This document shows positions 13,435 through 24,620 of a DNA stretch of 64,000 nt, piece by piece. The translations under genes and the position numbers were made by a program. How positions within the stretch are numbered: position 1 is the first letter of the stretch; each line of letters begins with the position of its first letter. The stretch is from Euglena gracilis. Taxonomy: Eukaryota. The notes beneath the pieces are model-generated. The model ran no database searches. It was not told where the DNA came from and saw only the letters and a list, made by a program, of their open reading frames with translations. The stretch is taken from the NCBI GenBank assembly GCA_039621445.1, contig CP154954.1:41285572-41349571 (forward strand). Reading direction: 5' to 3'.

Positions 13435-13925
13435 CCTGGGGAAAATGCTGCAGTTTACTGAGCCAAAAAAAATTCGCAGTCACCTCCAGCCCCTAATGGC
13501 CTCCTGGCCAGGCGACTTTCCTTTTCGTGATTATTTGGAAAACTTGAAACCCACTTTATAAAAAAAAACCCGAAAGACATTTGGCCAAAGCGTCTTCGGA
13601 AAACCAAAAAAAGCCTTTAGTGATGAATTATGTTTTGGCATGCCGGAAAATACTGCAGAAAAACACAAAAAAAACCTTTAAAAAATGCATTCTGGAAAAA
13701 ATTTTCTGACCAAGCAAAAATGCTGCGGCGAAATCTCGGCAAAAAAAAACAGCCAACTCGGGAAAAAATGCTTTCTGGCATCGCTGGAACATTGCCCCTC
13801 CACAAAAAAACCCATAAGAATGGGGGGGGGCTTCAACTTTTTGATCTTAACCCGATGGCCTTTAGATTGCCCTTTGAAAATAGGCAGGCTTGGCAGGAGT
13901 CCGGGGGGGGAGGTGTGCTGTGGGA

Positions 13926-14295
13926 GGTTGGACCGCGGCCGGCCGCGGTCGGCCGCGGAAAACAGCTGTGGTTGGACCGCGGCCGGCCGCGGCCGGCCGC
14001 GGTCGGCCGCGGAAAACAGCTGTGGTTGGGACCGCGGCCGGCCGCGGCCGGCCGCGGACCAACCACGACCGAAAATTTCCATGCGTGGTTGGACAGTCAT
14101 TTGGCCGCGGTCGGCCGCGGCCGGCCGCGGTCCCAACCACAGCCAGTGTGCAACGCTCTTGGTTGGAAAGGATCTGGCCGCGGCCAGCCGCGGCCAAAAA
14201 CATTTCCAACCACGAGGGGGTGTGGTTGGAAATGGGTTGGCCGCGGCTGGCCGCGGCTGGCCGCGGTCAACGACGGCTTTTAGCCATCTCCAACC
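13926..14295. repeat. Cluster 1 of palindromic modules GGTTGG-(ggccgcggyc)n-CCAACC
   Basis: About six modules with CCGCGG repeated at a 10-bp period, most closed by an inverted flank. Confidence 0.85.
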
Positions 14296-14308
14296 ATAAC
14301 CCACCATG

Positions 14309-14390
14309 GAGCTATTACCCGAGTGGTCAAAGACTACGCTGTTATAAACAGTGTACTCTGGGTGCGTGGGTTCGAAACCCACATTGCTTA
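14309..14390 (+). tRNA. tRNA-like gene or pseudogene (long variable arm, Leu-like body; apparent anticodon ATA)
   Basis: A-box tacccgagtggtc; T-arm gtggg-ttcgaaa-cccac; acceptor gagctat/attgctt with one mismatch; anticodon arm cgctg-ttataaa-cagtg; T4 at 14411. Confidence 0.6.
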
Positions 14391-14450
14391 CTTTAGTTCA
14401 GATAAATGTCTTTTGGTCCACATGAACTATTTTTCAAAAATAAGAAAACT

Positions 14451-14532
14451 GAGTGTTGTGGGACTCGAACCCACGACGCTGGAAGATTGGCCTTTTGTCA
14501 GCATGGACTTTAACCACTCAGGTAAAGCACTC
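14451..14532 (-). tRNA. tRNA-like pseudogene, homologous to and convergent with the previous one
   Basis: Reverse strand reads gagtgct-ttacctgagtggttaaag...gtggg-ttcgagt-cccac-aacactc; acceptor 6/7 paired; anticodon arm disrupted; minus-strand T4 at 14445-14448. Confidence 0.55.
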
Positions 14533-14613
14533 TCTGAGCGTCAAACCTGTGTTTGCAAATGGGGAGGACACATGAACATGTTCACAAACAAAACGGCGGG
14601 TGGGTTTTGGGCC

Positions 14614-16073
14614 GGTTGGCAGATAAAAGGGGTTTATTTTGTTAATGAAAGGGATAGGGTTAGGTCGACTTGCACCCGAAAAGGGGTTGGCAGATAAAAG
14701 GGGTTGGCAGATAAAAGGGGTTTATTTTGTTAATGAAAGGGATAGGGTTAGGTCGACTTGCACCTGAAAAGGGGTTGGCAGATAAAAGGGGTTGGCAGAT
14801 AAAAGGGGTTTATTTTGTTAATGAAAGGGATAGGGTTAGGTCGACTTGCACCCGAGAAGGGGTTGGCAGATAAAAGGGGTTTATTTTGTTAATGAAAGGG
14901 ATAGGGTTACGGGTGCAAGTCGACCTAACCCTATCCCTTTCATTAACAAAATAAACCCCTTTTATCTGCCAACCCCTTTTATCTGCCAACCCCTTTTCGG
15001 GTGCAAGTCGACCTAACCCTATCCCTTTCATTAACAAAACAAACCCCTTTTATCTGCCAACCCCTTTTCGGGTGCAAGTCGACCTAACCCTATCCCTTTC
15101 ATTAACAAAATAAACCCCTTTTATCTGCCAACCCCTTCTCGGGTGCAAGTCGACCTAACCCTATCCCTTTCATTAACAAAATAAACCCCTTTTATCTGCC
15201 AACCCCTTTTATCTGGCAAGTAGACCTAACCCTATCCCTATCATTAACAAAATAAACCCCTTTTATCTGCCAACCCCTTTTATCTGCCAACCCCTTTTCG
15301 GGTGCAAATCGACCTAACCCTATCCCTTTCATTATCTAAACAAACCCCTTTTATCTGCCAACCCCTTCTCGGGTGCAAGTCGACCTAACCCTATCCCTTT
15401 CATTAACAAAATAAACCCCTTTTATCTGCCAACCCCTTTTATCTGCCAACCCCTTCTCGGGTGCAAGTCGACCTAACCCTATCCCTTTCATTAACAAAAT
15501 AAACCCCTTTTATCTGCCAACCCCTTTTATCTGCCAACCCCTTTCGGGTGCAAGTCGACCTAACCCTATCCCTTTCATTAACAAAATAAACCCCTTTTAT
15601 CTGCCAACCCCTTTTATCTGCCAACCCCTTCTCGGGTGCAAGTCGACCTAACCCTATCCCTTTCATTAACAAAATAAACCCCTTTTATCTGCCAACCCCT
15701 TCTCGGGTGCAAGTCGACCTAACCCTATCCCTTTCATTAACAAAATAAACCCCTTTTATCTGCCAACCCCTTCTCGGGTGCAAGTCGACCTAACCCTATC
15801 CCTTTCATTAACAAAATAAACCCCTTTTATCTGCCAACCCCTTTTCGGGTGCAAGTTGACCTAACCCTATCCCTTTCATTAACAAAAACAAACCCCTTTT
15901 ATCTGCCAACCCCTTCTCGGGTGCAAGTCGACCTAACCCTATCCCTTTCATTAACAAAATAAACCCCTTTTATCTGCCAACCCCTTCTCGGGTGCAAGTC
16001 GACCTAACCCTATCCCTTTCATTAACAAAATAAACCCCTTTTATCTGCCAACCCCTTTTCGGGTGCAAATCGA
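14614..16073. repeat. Fold-back tandem array of a 71-bp unit: ~4 units forward, then ~15 units inverted
   Basis: Unit cgggtgcaagtcgacctaaccctatccctttcattaacaaaataaaccccttttatctgccaaccccttct; orientation flips at 14909/14910; some units carry an extra ~18-bp ttttatctgccaacccc. Confidence 0.95.
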
Positions 16074-16075
16074 TC

Positions 16076-16463
16076 GGGTGTGGGGAGGTGTGGGGGGTGT
16101 GGGGGGGGAGTGGGGGGGCGTGGGGGGTGTGGGGGGGGTGTGGGGGGTGTGGAGGGGGTGTGGGGGGTTGGGGGGGGGTGTGGGCGTACTCCTTCAAATA
16201 ACCCCACAAAATCTTTTTGGCCACAATGAAACACCATCGGGTTCTTTTGCAGAAATGCCAAAAATAAAACAATGAAAAGCGAAATGAAAAAAATTTTAAA
16301 TAAATATAAAAACAAAAATAAAAATAAAAAAGGTCACGTGAAATGATGTGACATGTGGGGGGTGTGGGGGGTGTGGGGGGTGTGGGGAGGTGGGGGTGGG
16401 GGGGTGGGGGAGGGGGGGGGTAAGGGGGGGTGTGGGGTGTGGGGGGTATGGGGGGGGGGGTGG
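16076..16463 (+). repeat. Two G-run tracts (tgtggggg-like) flanking an AT-rich spacer
   Basis: G-tracts at 16076-16183 and 16353-16463; strong G-quadruplex potential. Confidence 0.8.
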
Positions 16464-16475
16464 TCATTCACGGGA

Positions 16476-16742
16476 GGTAGGGCGACCGTTGTTTTTAGTC
16501 GCGGCCGGCCACGGCCGACCGCGGCCCTACCAAATAAAAATTTTAGGTAGGGCCGCGGCATGCCGCGGCCCTACCAAAAAAAAATTTTTGGTAGGGCCGC
16601 GGTCAGCCGCGGCCCTACCACGTCCCAGCACAAAAGAACGTGGTTGGGTCGCGGCCGGCCGCGGTCAGCCGCGGCCGGCCGCGACCCAACCTTCGGCAAT
16701 GTTTTGGTAGGGTCGCGGCCGACCGCGGTCAACCGCGGTCGG
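16476..16742. repeat. Cluster 2 of palindromic modules GGTAGG-(ccgcgg)n-CCTACC
   Basis: Includes the perfect 30-bp palindrome ggtagggccgcggcatgccgcggccctacc (16546-16575); runs directly into the telomeric tract. Confidence 0.85.
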
Positions 16743-18343
16743 CTAACCCTAACCAAACTAAAACCTAAAAAACTAACCCGAAAACCCAAACCTACCCTAA
16801 CCCTAACCCTACCCACGAACCCTAACTCTATCCCTAACCCTAAATCTATAACCCTAACACCCTATAACCCTAACCCCAAATCTAACTCTACCCCTATCCC
16901 TACCCCTATCCCTACCCTAAATCTACCCTAACCCTCACCCAAATTCTACCCTAACCCCTAACCCTAACCCTAACCCTAACCCTAAAACCACCCAAACCCG
17001 AACCCTGACCCTAACCCTAACCCTAACCCTACCCCTAACCCTAACCCTAACCCTAACACGAACCCTAACTCGAACCCTATAACCCAACCCTAACCCTAAC
17101 CCTAACCCTAACCCTAACCCAACCCTAACCCTAACCCTAACCCTACCCATCCCTAACCCTAACCCCAAAACCTAACCCTAACCCTAACCCTAACCCTAAC
17201 CCTAACTCTAACCCTAACCCTAACCCTTACCCTAACCCTAACCAACCCCAAATCTAACCCTAACCCTAACCCTAACCCTAACCCGAACCCTAACGCGAAC
17301 CCTAACCAACCCTAACCCTAACCCTAACCTAACCCAAAACCCTAACCCTAACCCTAACCCAACCCCTAACCCTAACCCTAAACCCAAACCTAACCCTAAC
17401 CCGAACCCTAACCCTAACCCCAAATCTAACTCTAACCCTATCCCTAACCCTAAATCTAACCCTAACCCTAACCCCAACCCTAACCCCAAATCTAACCCTA
17501 ACCCTAACCCTAACCCTAACCCTAACCCTAACCCTAACCCTAACCCTAACCCTAACCTAACCCTAACCTTTACCCTAACCCTTACGCTAACCCTAACCCT
17601 AACCCCAAATCTAACCCTAACCCTAACCCTAACCCTAATCCTAACTCTATCCCTGACCCTAACCCTAACCCTAACCCTAACCCTAACCCTAACCCTAACC
17701 CTTACCATAACCCTAACCCTAACCCTAACCCTAACCCTAACCCTAACCCTAACCCTATCCCTAACCCTATCCCTAACCCTATCCCTAACCCTAACCCTAA
17801 CCCTAAGCCTAACCCCAAATCTAAAAAAACCCTAACCCCTAACCGACCCTAACCCGAACCCGAACCCGAACCCTAAAAAGAAACCTATCCGAACCCTTCC
17901 CGAACCCTAACCAAACCCTAACCCTCCCAACCCTATCCTAACCCTAAACCCTAAACCCTAAACCCTATCCCTAACCGATCCCGAACCCTAACCCTAACAA
18001 CCCTAACCCTACCCTATCCCTAAATCTAACCCTAACCTAACCCTAACCCTAACCCTATCCCTAACTAAACCGAACCCGACCCCAACCCTAAATCTTCCCT
18101 AACCTAACCCGACCGCACCCTAACCCTAACCTAACCCGAACCCTAACCCCACCCCCCTAACCCTAACCCTAACCCTAACCCTAAGCCTAACCCTAACCCT
18201 AACCCTAACCCAAACCCTAATCTAACCCTAACCCTATCCCTAAATCTAACCCTAACCCTAACCCTAACCCTAACCCTATCCCTAACCCTAAATCTAACCC
18301 TAACCCTAACCCTAAATCTTACCCTAACCCTAACCCTAACCCT
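16743..18343 (-). repeat. Interstitial telomeric array (TTAGGG)n on the minus strand, partly degenerate
   Basis: ~1.6 kb of CCCTAA with variants (ccctat, cccgaa, aaatct). Confidence 0.95.
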
Positions 18344-18382
18344 GTTCATTGGGCAAAGGTGTTCATTGGGCATGGGGGGGGG
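18344..18382. mobile_element. Orphan right terminus of the MITE family seen at 51841-52176
   Basis: gttcattgggcaaaggtgttcattgggcatggggggggg vs gctcattgggcaagggcgttcattgggcttggggggggggg (52136-52176). Confidence 0.7.
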
Positions 18383-18385
18383 AAT

Positions 18386-19196
18386 ACCTAATCACCTAAT
18401 CAAGCGCTCGGCGCCATTCATCCGGGGGGAGCATGGCGTTGGGAGCTGCATGCGTAGGGGGGGGGGTTGTGGGTTGTGGGTTGCGAAACCATCCACACCA
18501 GGCAGGCCGCCGCGCCATCCCGGTGCTCCGGCGGCGGCGAAGTCTGGTCTCCCCGGGGACGTCCTCGCCCTGCACACCACTGAGAGGGAGGCCCTGGGGA
18601 GGGGGAGTTTATTAGTTCCACCTTCCTCCCCCCTTGTGCAAATGGCAAAACACATTGCACGTGTTTTGCCCCAGACTTACAGCAGTTCATTTTGTTGATT
18701 TTATCCTCCGTAGTTCAGGCGGATCGAAAAAGCAAAAGCCTCCCAAATCAAAACCTGGGGGGGGGGAATGCAACATGGACCGTCAAAAAACACGACACAA
18801 AAAAAAACAAAAAAATTGCAAAAAAAACGCAACTCGCAGATGAAGCCCTTTAAACTCCCCCCTTTTCCAATGGAGAAACTCTGCTGGGCTCTGCTGGGGA
18901 AAAATTTCCATTTTGTATATTTGCACCTTCGAAAGCGAAGCGCTCGCAAACAATATTCGGCCACATTGACGCCAGCTCTCCCATTCCCCGGCGGGGGGGG
19001 GGGGGCGAAGTCATGCAGCAATTAAGGAATCCATGGCCCTACCACTCCTGTGGCCAAGCAGAGGAGGCTGAACACCTTGAGCTGGCTGGATAAAAAAGCT
19101 GCCAGGTGGTCCCCAACCTGCACCTGACCAGGGGTCGAACCGGGCACCAGGGAACCGAAACACACACAAAAAAGAATGCACCAAAAAAACCTGCCC

Positions 19197-19227
<31 letters not shown>

Positions 19228-22200
19228 ATATTATATATATATATTTAATATTTTTACAGAAAAAATGGCAGCCCCATTGAAACCCGTTTTTGACCCATTT
19301 TTGTCACGCGGGGAATTGTCATAATCAGTCACGCGGGGAAAGAGTGGCGCCGCCCCCATAGACTCCCACCTCACCCAGCAACGCACCTCAGTGGAAACGG
19401 CAATCTCTGACAGGTGCGACCCCAGTCAACACGGCCCCGCCATATGCCCGCCATTGCTTTCTCAGAGGGAGGCCCATCACTTCCCTTGGAGGAGGGGTCC
19501 CCATCTCCAACCTCGCACATGGCAGAGAGGAGCATACCTCTCGCGCTCGAGCCGCCATCCGCCTCTGCCACCGCAGCCACCGCTTCTGGCAGCCGCAGCT
19601 GTCATCTGGCCACCGATTTATTTTTGGAAGCTGCGGCATATTTGCAATCTTAGTAAGCCTTATTACACCAAAACACTGAACCTTTCCATCCCTGCGGTTG
19701 TGTGCGCTTCCGTGTCCGGGGTGGCCCTTCCATTAAAAAGGGGGGGATTGGGGCTTTCTCCGGGAGGGGGGCCAGCTTGTGCTGGGTTTGCCCTGGCCCA
19801 GTGCTGGCCGCCACCAAACATCAGCACCCCATGGGGGCATTTGAGTCAGTGGGATCAGGACACACGCGATGGCCAGGCGCCTATAGTCCAGCCCGAAACC
19901 TCACGCAGGTTGTGGCAGAAGGCCTGAGCATTTACATACTCTCTCTGCCTCTCGCATCCTGGTTCTCACCCCTCCTCCCCCCCTTCCGATGATGCATGTG
20001 GCTGGAGGTTAAACAAACCCCACCTGACCAAAGGTCGCCGGGGGGGAGTGGGGTTGGGGGTGGCGTGGGGGGCCGCCGGGGGCGGTCAGGCACCCCCATC
20101 GTGCAGCCGCGGACCCGATCGGTCCAAGAAACAGGGCAGGACTACAACAGGCCCAGGGCAGAGGTCGCAAGCAAGAGCACAGGAGTTCCAAGCAAAGCAG
20201 ACAAAGCACAATGTGGGAGCACGTTAGACAGCCCCAGCGAGCTGCAGCACCAAAGCAAAGGTGCAGCAAGACAGCAAACAGAGGCCTAGTCAGCTTGTGC
20301 GGCCTATGGAGGAAAGAGGTCGGGGGCTGCCGAACCATGGCAGCAAAAGCAAGGGGGGGGCCAAAAGGCCTAAGCACCGACCTGGCCATGAGCGACCACC
20401 ACACCAGTTCCCATTCTCATTCTCTGCTGGCCTCCGACTATAAGTGCCTGGCAGGGTCATGTCATCATGTGCCCGGTGGCGGCCGCACATGGGCCGGCAG
20501 GACCCCAAACATACAACGGGCAGCAAAAAGCATTGCCCTCTGCATTTGCGTGCCATGCACTGCCGGCCACGGTTTGGCACGGTTTGCATTATGCAAGAAA
20601 TCAACTGGGGGGGGACAGTGAAATTTCCCACGGGCGCCCCGTTGCTTCCGGCTGTTCAACCCCCCTCACAAAAAAAATCGGGCGTACAATGCCTGTCCTC
20701 CACGTTCGTCCAGCGGGGGGGGGGGGGGCTAGGGATTGGGTTGCAAAACCATCCGCACCACCAAAAGCGGTGGCCAGGCAGACCACCGTGCCGGCGCTGG
20801 CCTCCTTCCCCGCCGCGCTGCCGGCCCGCCGCGCCGTCCCCGGTGCTCCGGCAGCGGCGAAGTCTGGTCTGGGCCGCCAGCATCCCGGGGACGTCCTCGC
20901 CCTGCACACCAATGAGAGGGGGGATTGGGGGAGGGAGGGGGGGCATTGAGCGTCCTGGGGTGTCTCATCCGCTGCCCGGAAAAAAACCTACCATAAATAA
21001 ACAAAGCGCTGGCTGGCTCCCCTTGACGGGGGTTCCAGGCAGGCTTCTGCTTAGGGTCCGCAGGGGTCGTCCACTGGCAAGTATCAAAAAAAGACAGGTG
21101 GAATGATGGATGCAAAAAACCCGGAATTTATATGTACAACACATGTGTACATGGTAAAAAATTTGTACACATATGGCAGCAACCTTTTACTTGCCCCCTC
21201 CAATGGCCATGGTGCTTGGCCCCCCAGGGGGAGGGGGCAAATAAAATCTCCTGGGTCATCAAAAAAATATTTGCGGAATTGATAGAAAAGGGTTAGGGTT
21301 ACGAGTTCGGCCTAACTCTCAGCCCAACTTATAGATTGGCGTAAGGTGTACAAGTTAGGCCTAAGGTTAAACCCCCCCATTTAAACCGATCCGTCGGTTT
21401 ACGACTTTTGGGTTGACGGAAATCCTGGAAGGCATCGGTTTAGACGGGGGGTCGGTTTCAGGGGGAGCACACGGCTGGCTGACGGCGTGACGGAAGCGGG
21501 TTGATCTCAGCAAGGCAATTTCAATTGGCAAATGCCTACTTTGGTTGGCCAATTCCTAACTTTGAGTGACAAATGCCTAATTCGGGATGTAAATTCTTAA
21601 TTTTAGGGGCAGATGCTGAATTTTTGGGTGTAATATCCAATTTTTGGTGGCAAACTGCCTAATTTTGGGTGCAAACTTCTAATTTTACGTGGTAAATGCC
21701 TTATTATATATTTTTGGGTGCTCCAAATTTTCGGAGGAAAATGCCCAGTTTGAGGCGCAAACTCCAAAATTTGGAAGCAGATGCCTAATTTTGGGTGTAA
21801 AATCCCAATTTTGGGTCATCAAAAATAACGATTCAATGAGCCTGGACGCTCTTTCTGTTGGCGGCTTCTATTATGTTGTGCATGTTGCTCATCCAACTTG
21901 CCATGGGTCGGTGTATTCCTTTTTTGGGTTGACATTCTGCAATGGGTCGGTTTTGAAGGGTAGGTCGGTTTGGAAGGGCAGGTCGGTTTAAATGGGGGGG
22001 GGGGGTTTAAGCTGAACGCCTCACCCTGATTCTGCTCCAACAATAACGCAAATTTTTTGGAACCACGTGGAGCCAGTCACTACCCCACCGGGGGGGGGGG
22101 GTCGGCCACTCAGAAAAACAGCCACTTTCCAGTCACTTTGGGCCATTTTAGGCCCAAAAATTTTTTCCGGCGCCTTCGGCGCCGGGGTCACTCAAGCCAC

Positions 22201-22690
22201 TTTTGCCCACTCCTGGCCGACCCCCCCCCCCGGGGGGAGGGGGTCCGGGCCAAAAACCAGTCAGTCACTCTGAAAAAAACCAGTCACCCACCCCCGGGGG
22301 GGTGCTTAAGCAATTGCCTGCTAGCAATCCGCTGCATCAATTTTTTCTTGGTGTCATTTTCATTCTCGTAAAACGGAATGCGCACACTCGTACACAGCCC
22401 AGCCCCCCTTCCTACCGATGCAGCAGCACACACCTGGCAGCGAGTGGACCGGCGGGCAGGTGGTGGTGGGGGAACAGCGCAGCCCGCCGCTGCTCCTTCG
22501 CTTACCCCGCTCCTGCGCCGCCTTCTGGCCGCCGCTGCCTCCCGTCACTGCCCCCTTGCTCACACAAACAATGCAAAAACACAAACCCCACCACAACGTA
22601 CAATGCCCATTGACCGCTCGGAATGTGATGTGTGTTCCACACGTGTATATGCGTGCGTGCGTGCATGTCTGTGTTTGTGTGTGTGAGCGT

Positions 22691-22727
<37 letters not shown>

Positions 22728-23835
22728 CGATGTGCATGTGTGTGCACATGTATTTGGGTATGTGTGTGTGTTGTGTGTGCGTGTGTGTGTTTGTTTGTAG
22801 TGTGTGTGTTGTGTGCGTAAACTTCCTCCACAAAAAAAACACAAGCTTTTTGTGTTCATTGTATAGGCCAGCGGGGAGGACTTGTTTTGTGGGTGCATGG
22901 GCTGGGCGAGGGGGGTTGGGGGGTGGGTTTCTTCTTCCTTTCTTTGTTCCTCTTCGCTCTCTTCGTCACTTTTGTTTCTCTTTTCTCTCTTCGTCTTTCT
23001 TCTTTCCTCGATCGTTCGTTCCTTCTTCGATCATTTGTTCTTCTTCTTCTTCTTCCTTCAACGTCTTTCCACTTCTTTCTTCTTCTCTCTCTTCTTCCTT
23101 CCTTCCTCTCATTCCATCATCTGCTTCCTTCTTCTTCCGTCATCTTCCTTCATCTTTCTTCTTCTTCTTCTTCTTCTTCTTCTTCTTCTTTCTTTTTCTT
23201 CTCCTTGTTCTTCTTCTTCTCCTCCTCCTCCGTCTTCTGCTTGTTATTTCTTATTCCTTCTTCTTTCATTCTTCTTCTTCTTCATCTCCTTCTTCTCTTC
23301 TCATTCTTCTTCTTTCATCATCATCATGTTCTTCTAATTCTTCTCCTTCTTCTTCTTTCGCCTTCTTCTTCTTCTTCTTCTTGTTCCTTCTTGTTTTCCT
23401 TCATTTTCCTCTACTCCTTCTTGGAGAGCATCTGAAGGCCGAGGGGTGTGGGCAGTGACAACCACACAAAATTCTGAGGCTTACAATTTTTTACCGACCC
23501 CCGGGGGGGGGGTCACTCCACTTTTCAAAAAACCAGTTAATACCCCCCCGGGGGGGGGGCAGGTCGGCCACTCTGGAATTCAAAGGAAATTTGACCAAAA
23601 ACATGCAAAAGAGGCCCAAAGGTTTTCGTGCGCCTTCGGCGCCGGTCACTTCAGTGGTTGTTTGTTTTTTTTGCCGACCCCCCACCCTCCCCCTGGGTCC
23701 AGCCAAAAACCAGTCAGTCACTCTGAAAAAACCAGTCACCCACCCCGGGGGGGGGGGAGGGGGGCAGTGACTAAATGATCGAATGTTCTGGGGAAAATGC
23801 GACACGCAGTTCACTCAGCCAAAAAAACCCAGTCA
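18386..23835 (+). repeat. Macro-repeat copy C (a matching start segment lies at ~13483-13678, before the telomeric composite)
   Basis: Collinear matches: 18386~431, 19030~1015, 19323-19925~1801-2393, 20101-22010~2408-4335, 22320~5581. Confidence 0.85.
21371..22006. mobile_element. TTAA-flanked MITE, copy of 3688-4331
   Basis: TTAA|acccccccatttaaaccga ... tcggtttaaat(g)nt|TTAA. Confidence 0.75.
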
Positions 23836-24270
23836 CCTCCAGCCCCCAATGGGAAAACTTAGCCTATTTAAAAAAAACCCCCGAAAGACATTTGGCAAAA
23901 ATGCCTTCAGAAAACGCAAAAAAAGCCTTTGATGATGAATCACGTTTGGCCGAAATGCTTTAAAATACCCCAGAAAAACATAAAGAAAAAACCTCCCCCT
24001 TGGGGTCCAGGGTGGGAGTCCGGCTGGCCAGCAGCTGTCCGGATCGTTTGTGAGGGCCTTGGTGCACCTAATCATCTAATCAAGCGCCCGGCGCCATTCA
24101 TCCACGTTCATCCAGTGGTGTTGGGAGCTGCACACGTAGGGTGGGGGGGTTGTGGGTTGTGGGTTGCGAAACCATCCACACCAGGCAGGCCGCCGCGGCC
24201 ATCCCGGTGCTCCGGCGGTGGCGAAGTCTGGTCTCCCCGAGGACGTCCTCGCCCTGCACACCACCGAGAG
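23836..24270 (+). repeat. Macro-repeat copy D, truncated just before the satellite
   Basis: Matches 159-630 with a small deletion. Confidence 0.85.
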
Positions 24271-24620
24271 GGGGGGGGGTGCACTGGGGGGGGCAGTGGC
24301 TCTCTGGGGCTGTGGGAGCAAGAACAGGGGGAGATTGTGGGCCTGTCTGCCTGAAGGGGCCCTGGGGAGGGGGAATGTAAACCCTCCCCCCAAATCTTAC
24401 CACCCCCCCCCTTGAGGTCCGACTTCGGCGACCAAGTTAATACCCCTCCCCCAACCTCCGGCCGATGACCCGGATTTTGACCTGAAAATGTTGGTAAAAA
24501 ATTACAGTCTCTGACAACAAATTTCGAAAAAAAAATCGGGTTTTCTGGATCATCTGGCTTCCAAAGATGTTAAATTTCATTAGAAAGTACAAAAAAAAAT
24601 GACCCCAAAGAGGGGTGTTG

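Larger units (their letters stand above)
6182..13482 (+). repeat. Macro-repeat copy B (first 3 kb near-identical to A, remainder diverged with extra insertions)
   Basis: Collinear matches: 9740~3255, 10400~4527, 10752~5102, 11570-11890~5440-5760, 12980~6078. Confidence 0.85.

Noticed and set aside
14910-14940. Telomerase RNA template (CTAACCCTA)
   Set aside because: Motif is repeated about 19 times in a tandem array with no supporting structure or unique gene context
14614-16073. CRISPR-like array
   Set aside because: Units are contiguous tandem repeats with no unique spacers and no cas genes; the same applies to the 29-bp and 50-bp arrays
16935-18373. VRVRVR / LGLGLG ORFs
   Set aside because: Translation of telomeric hexamers
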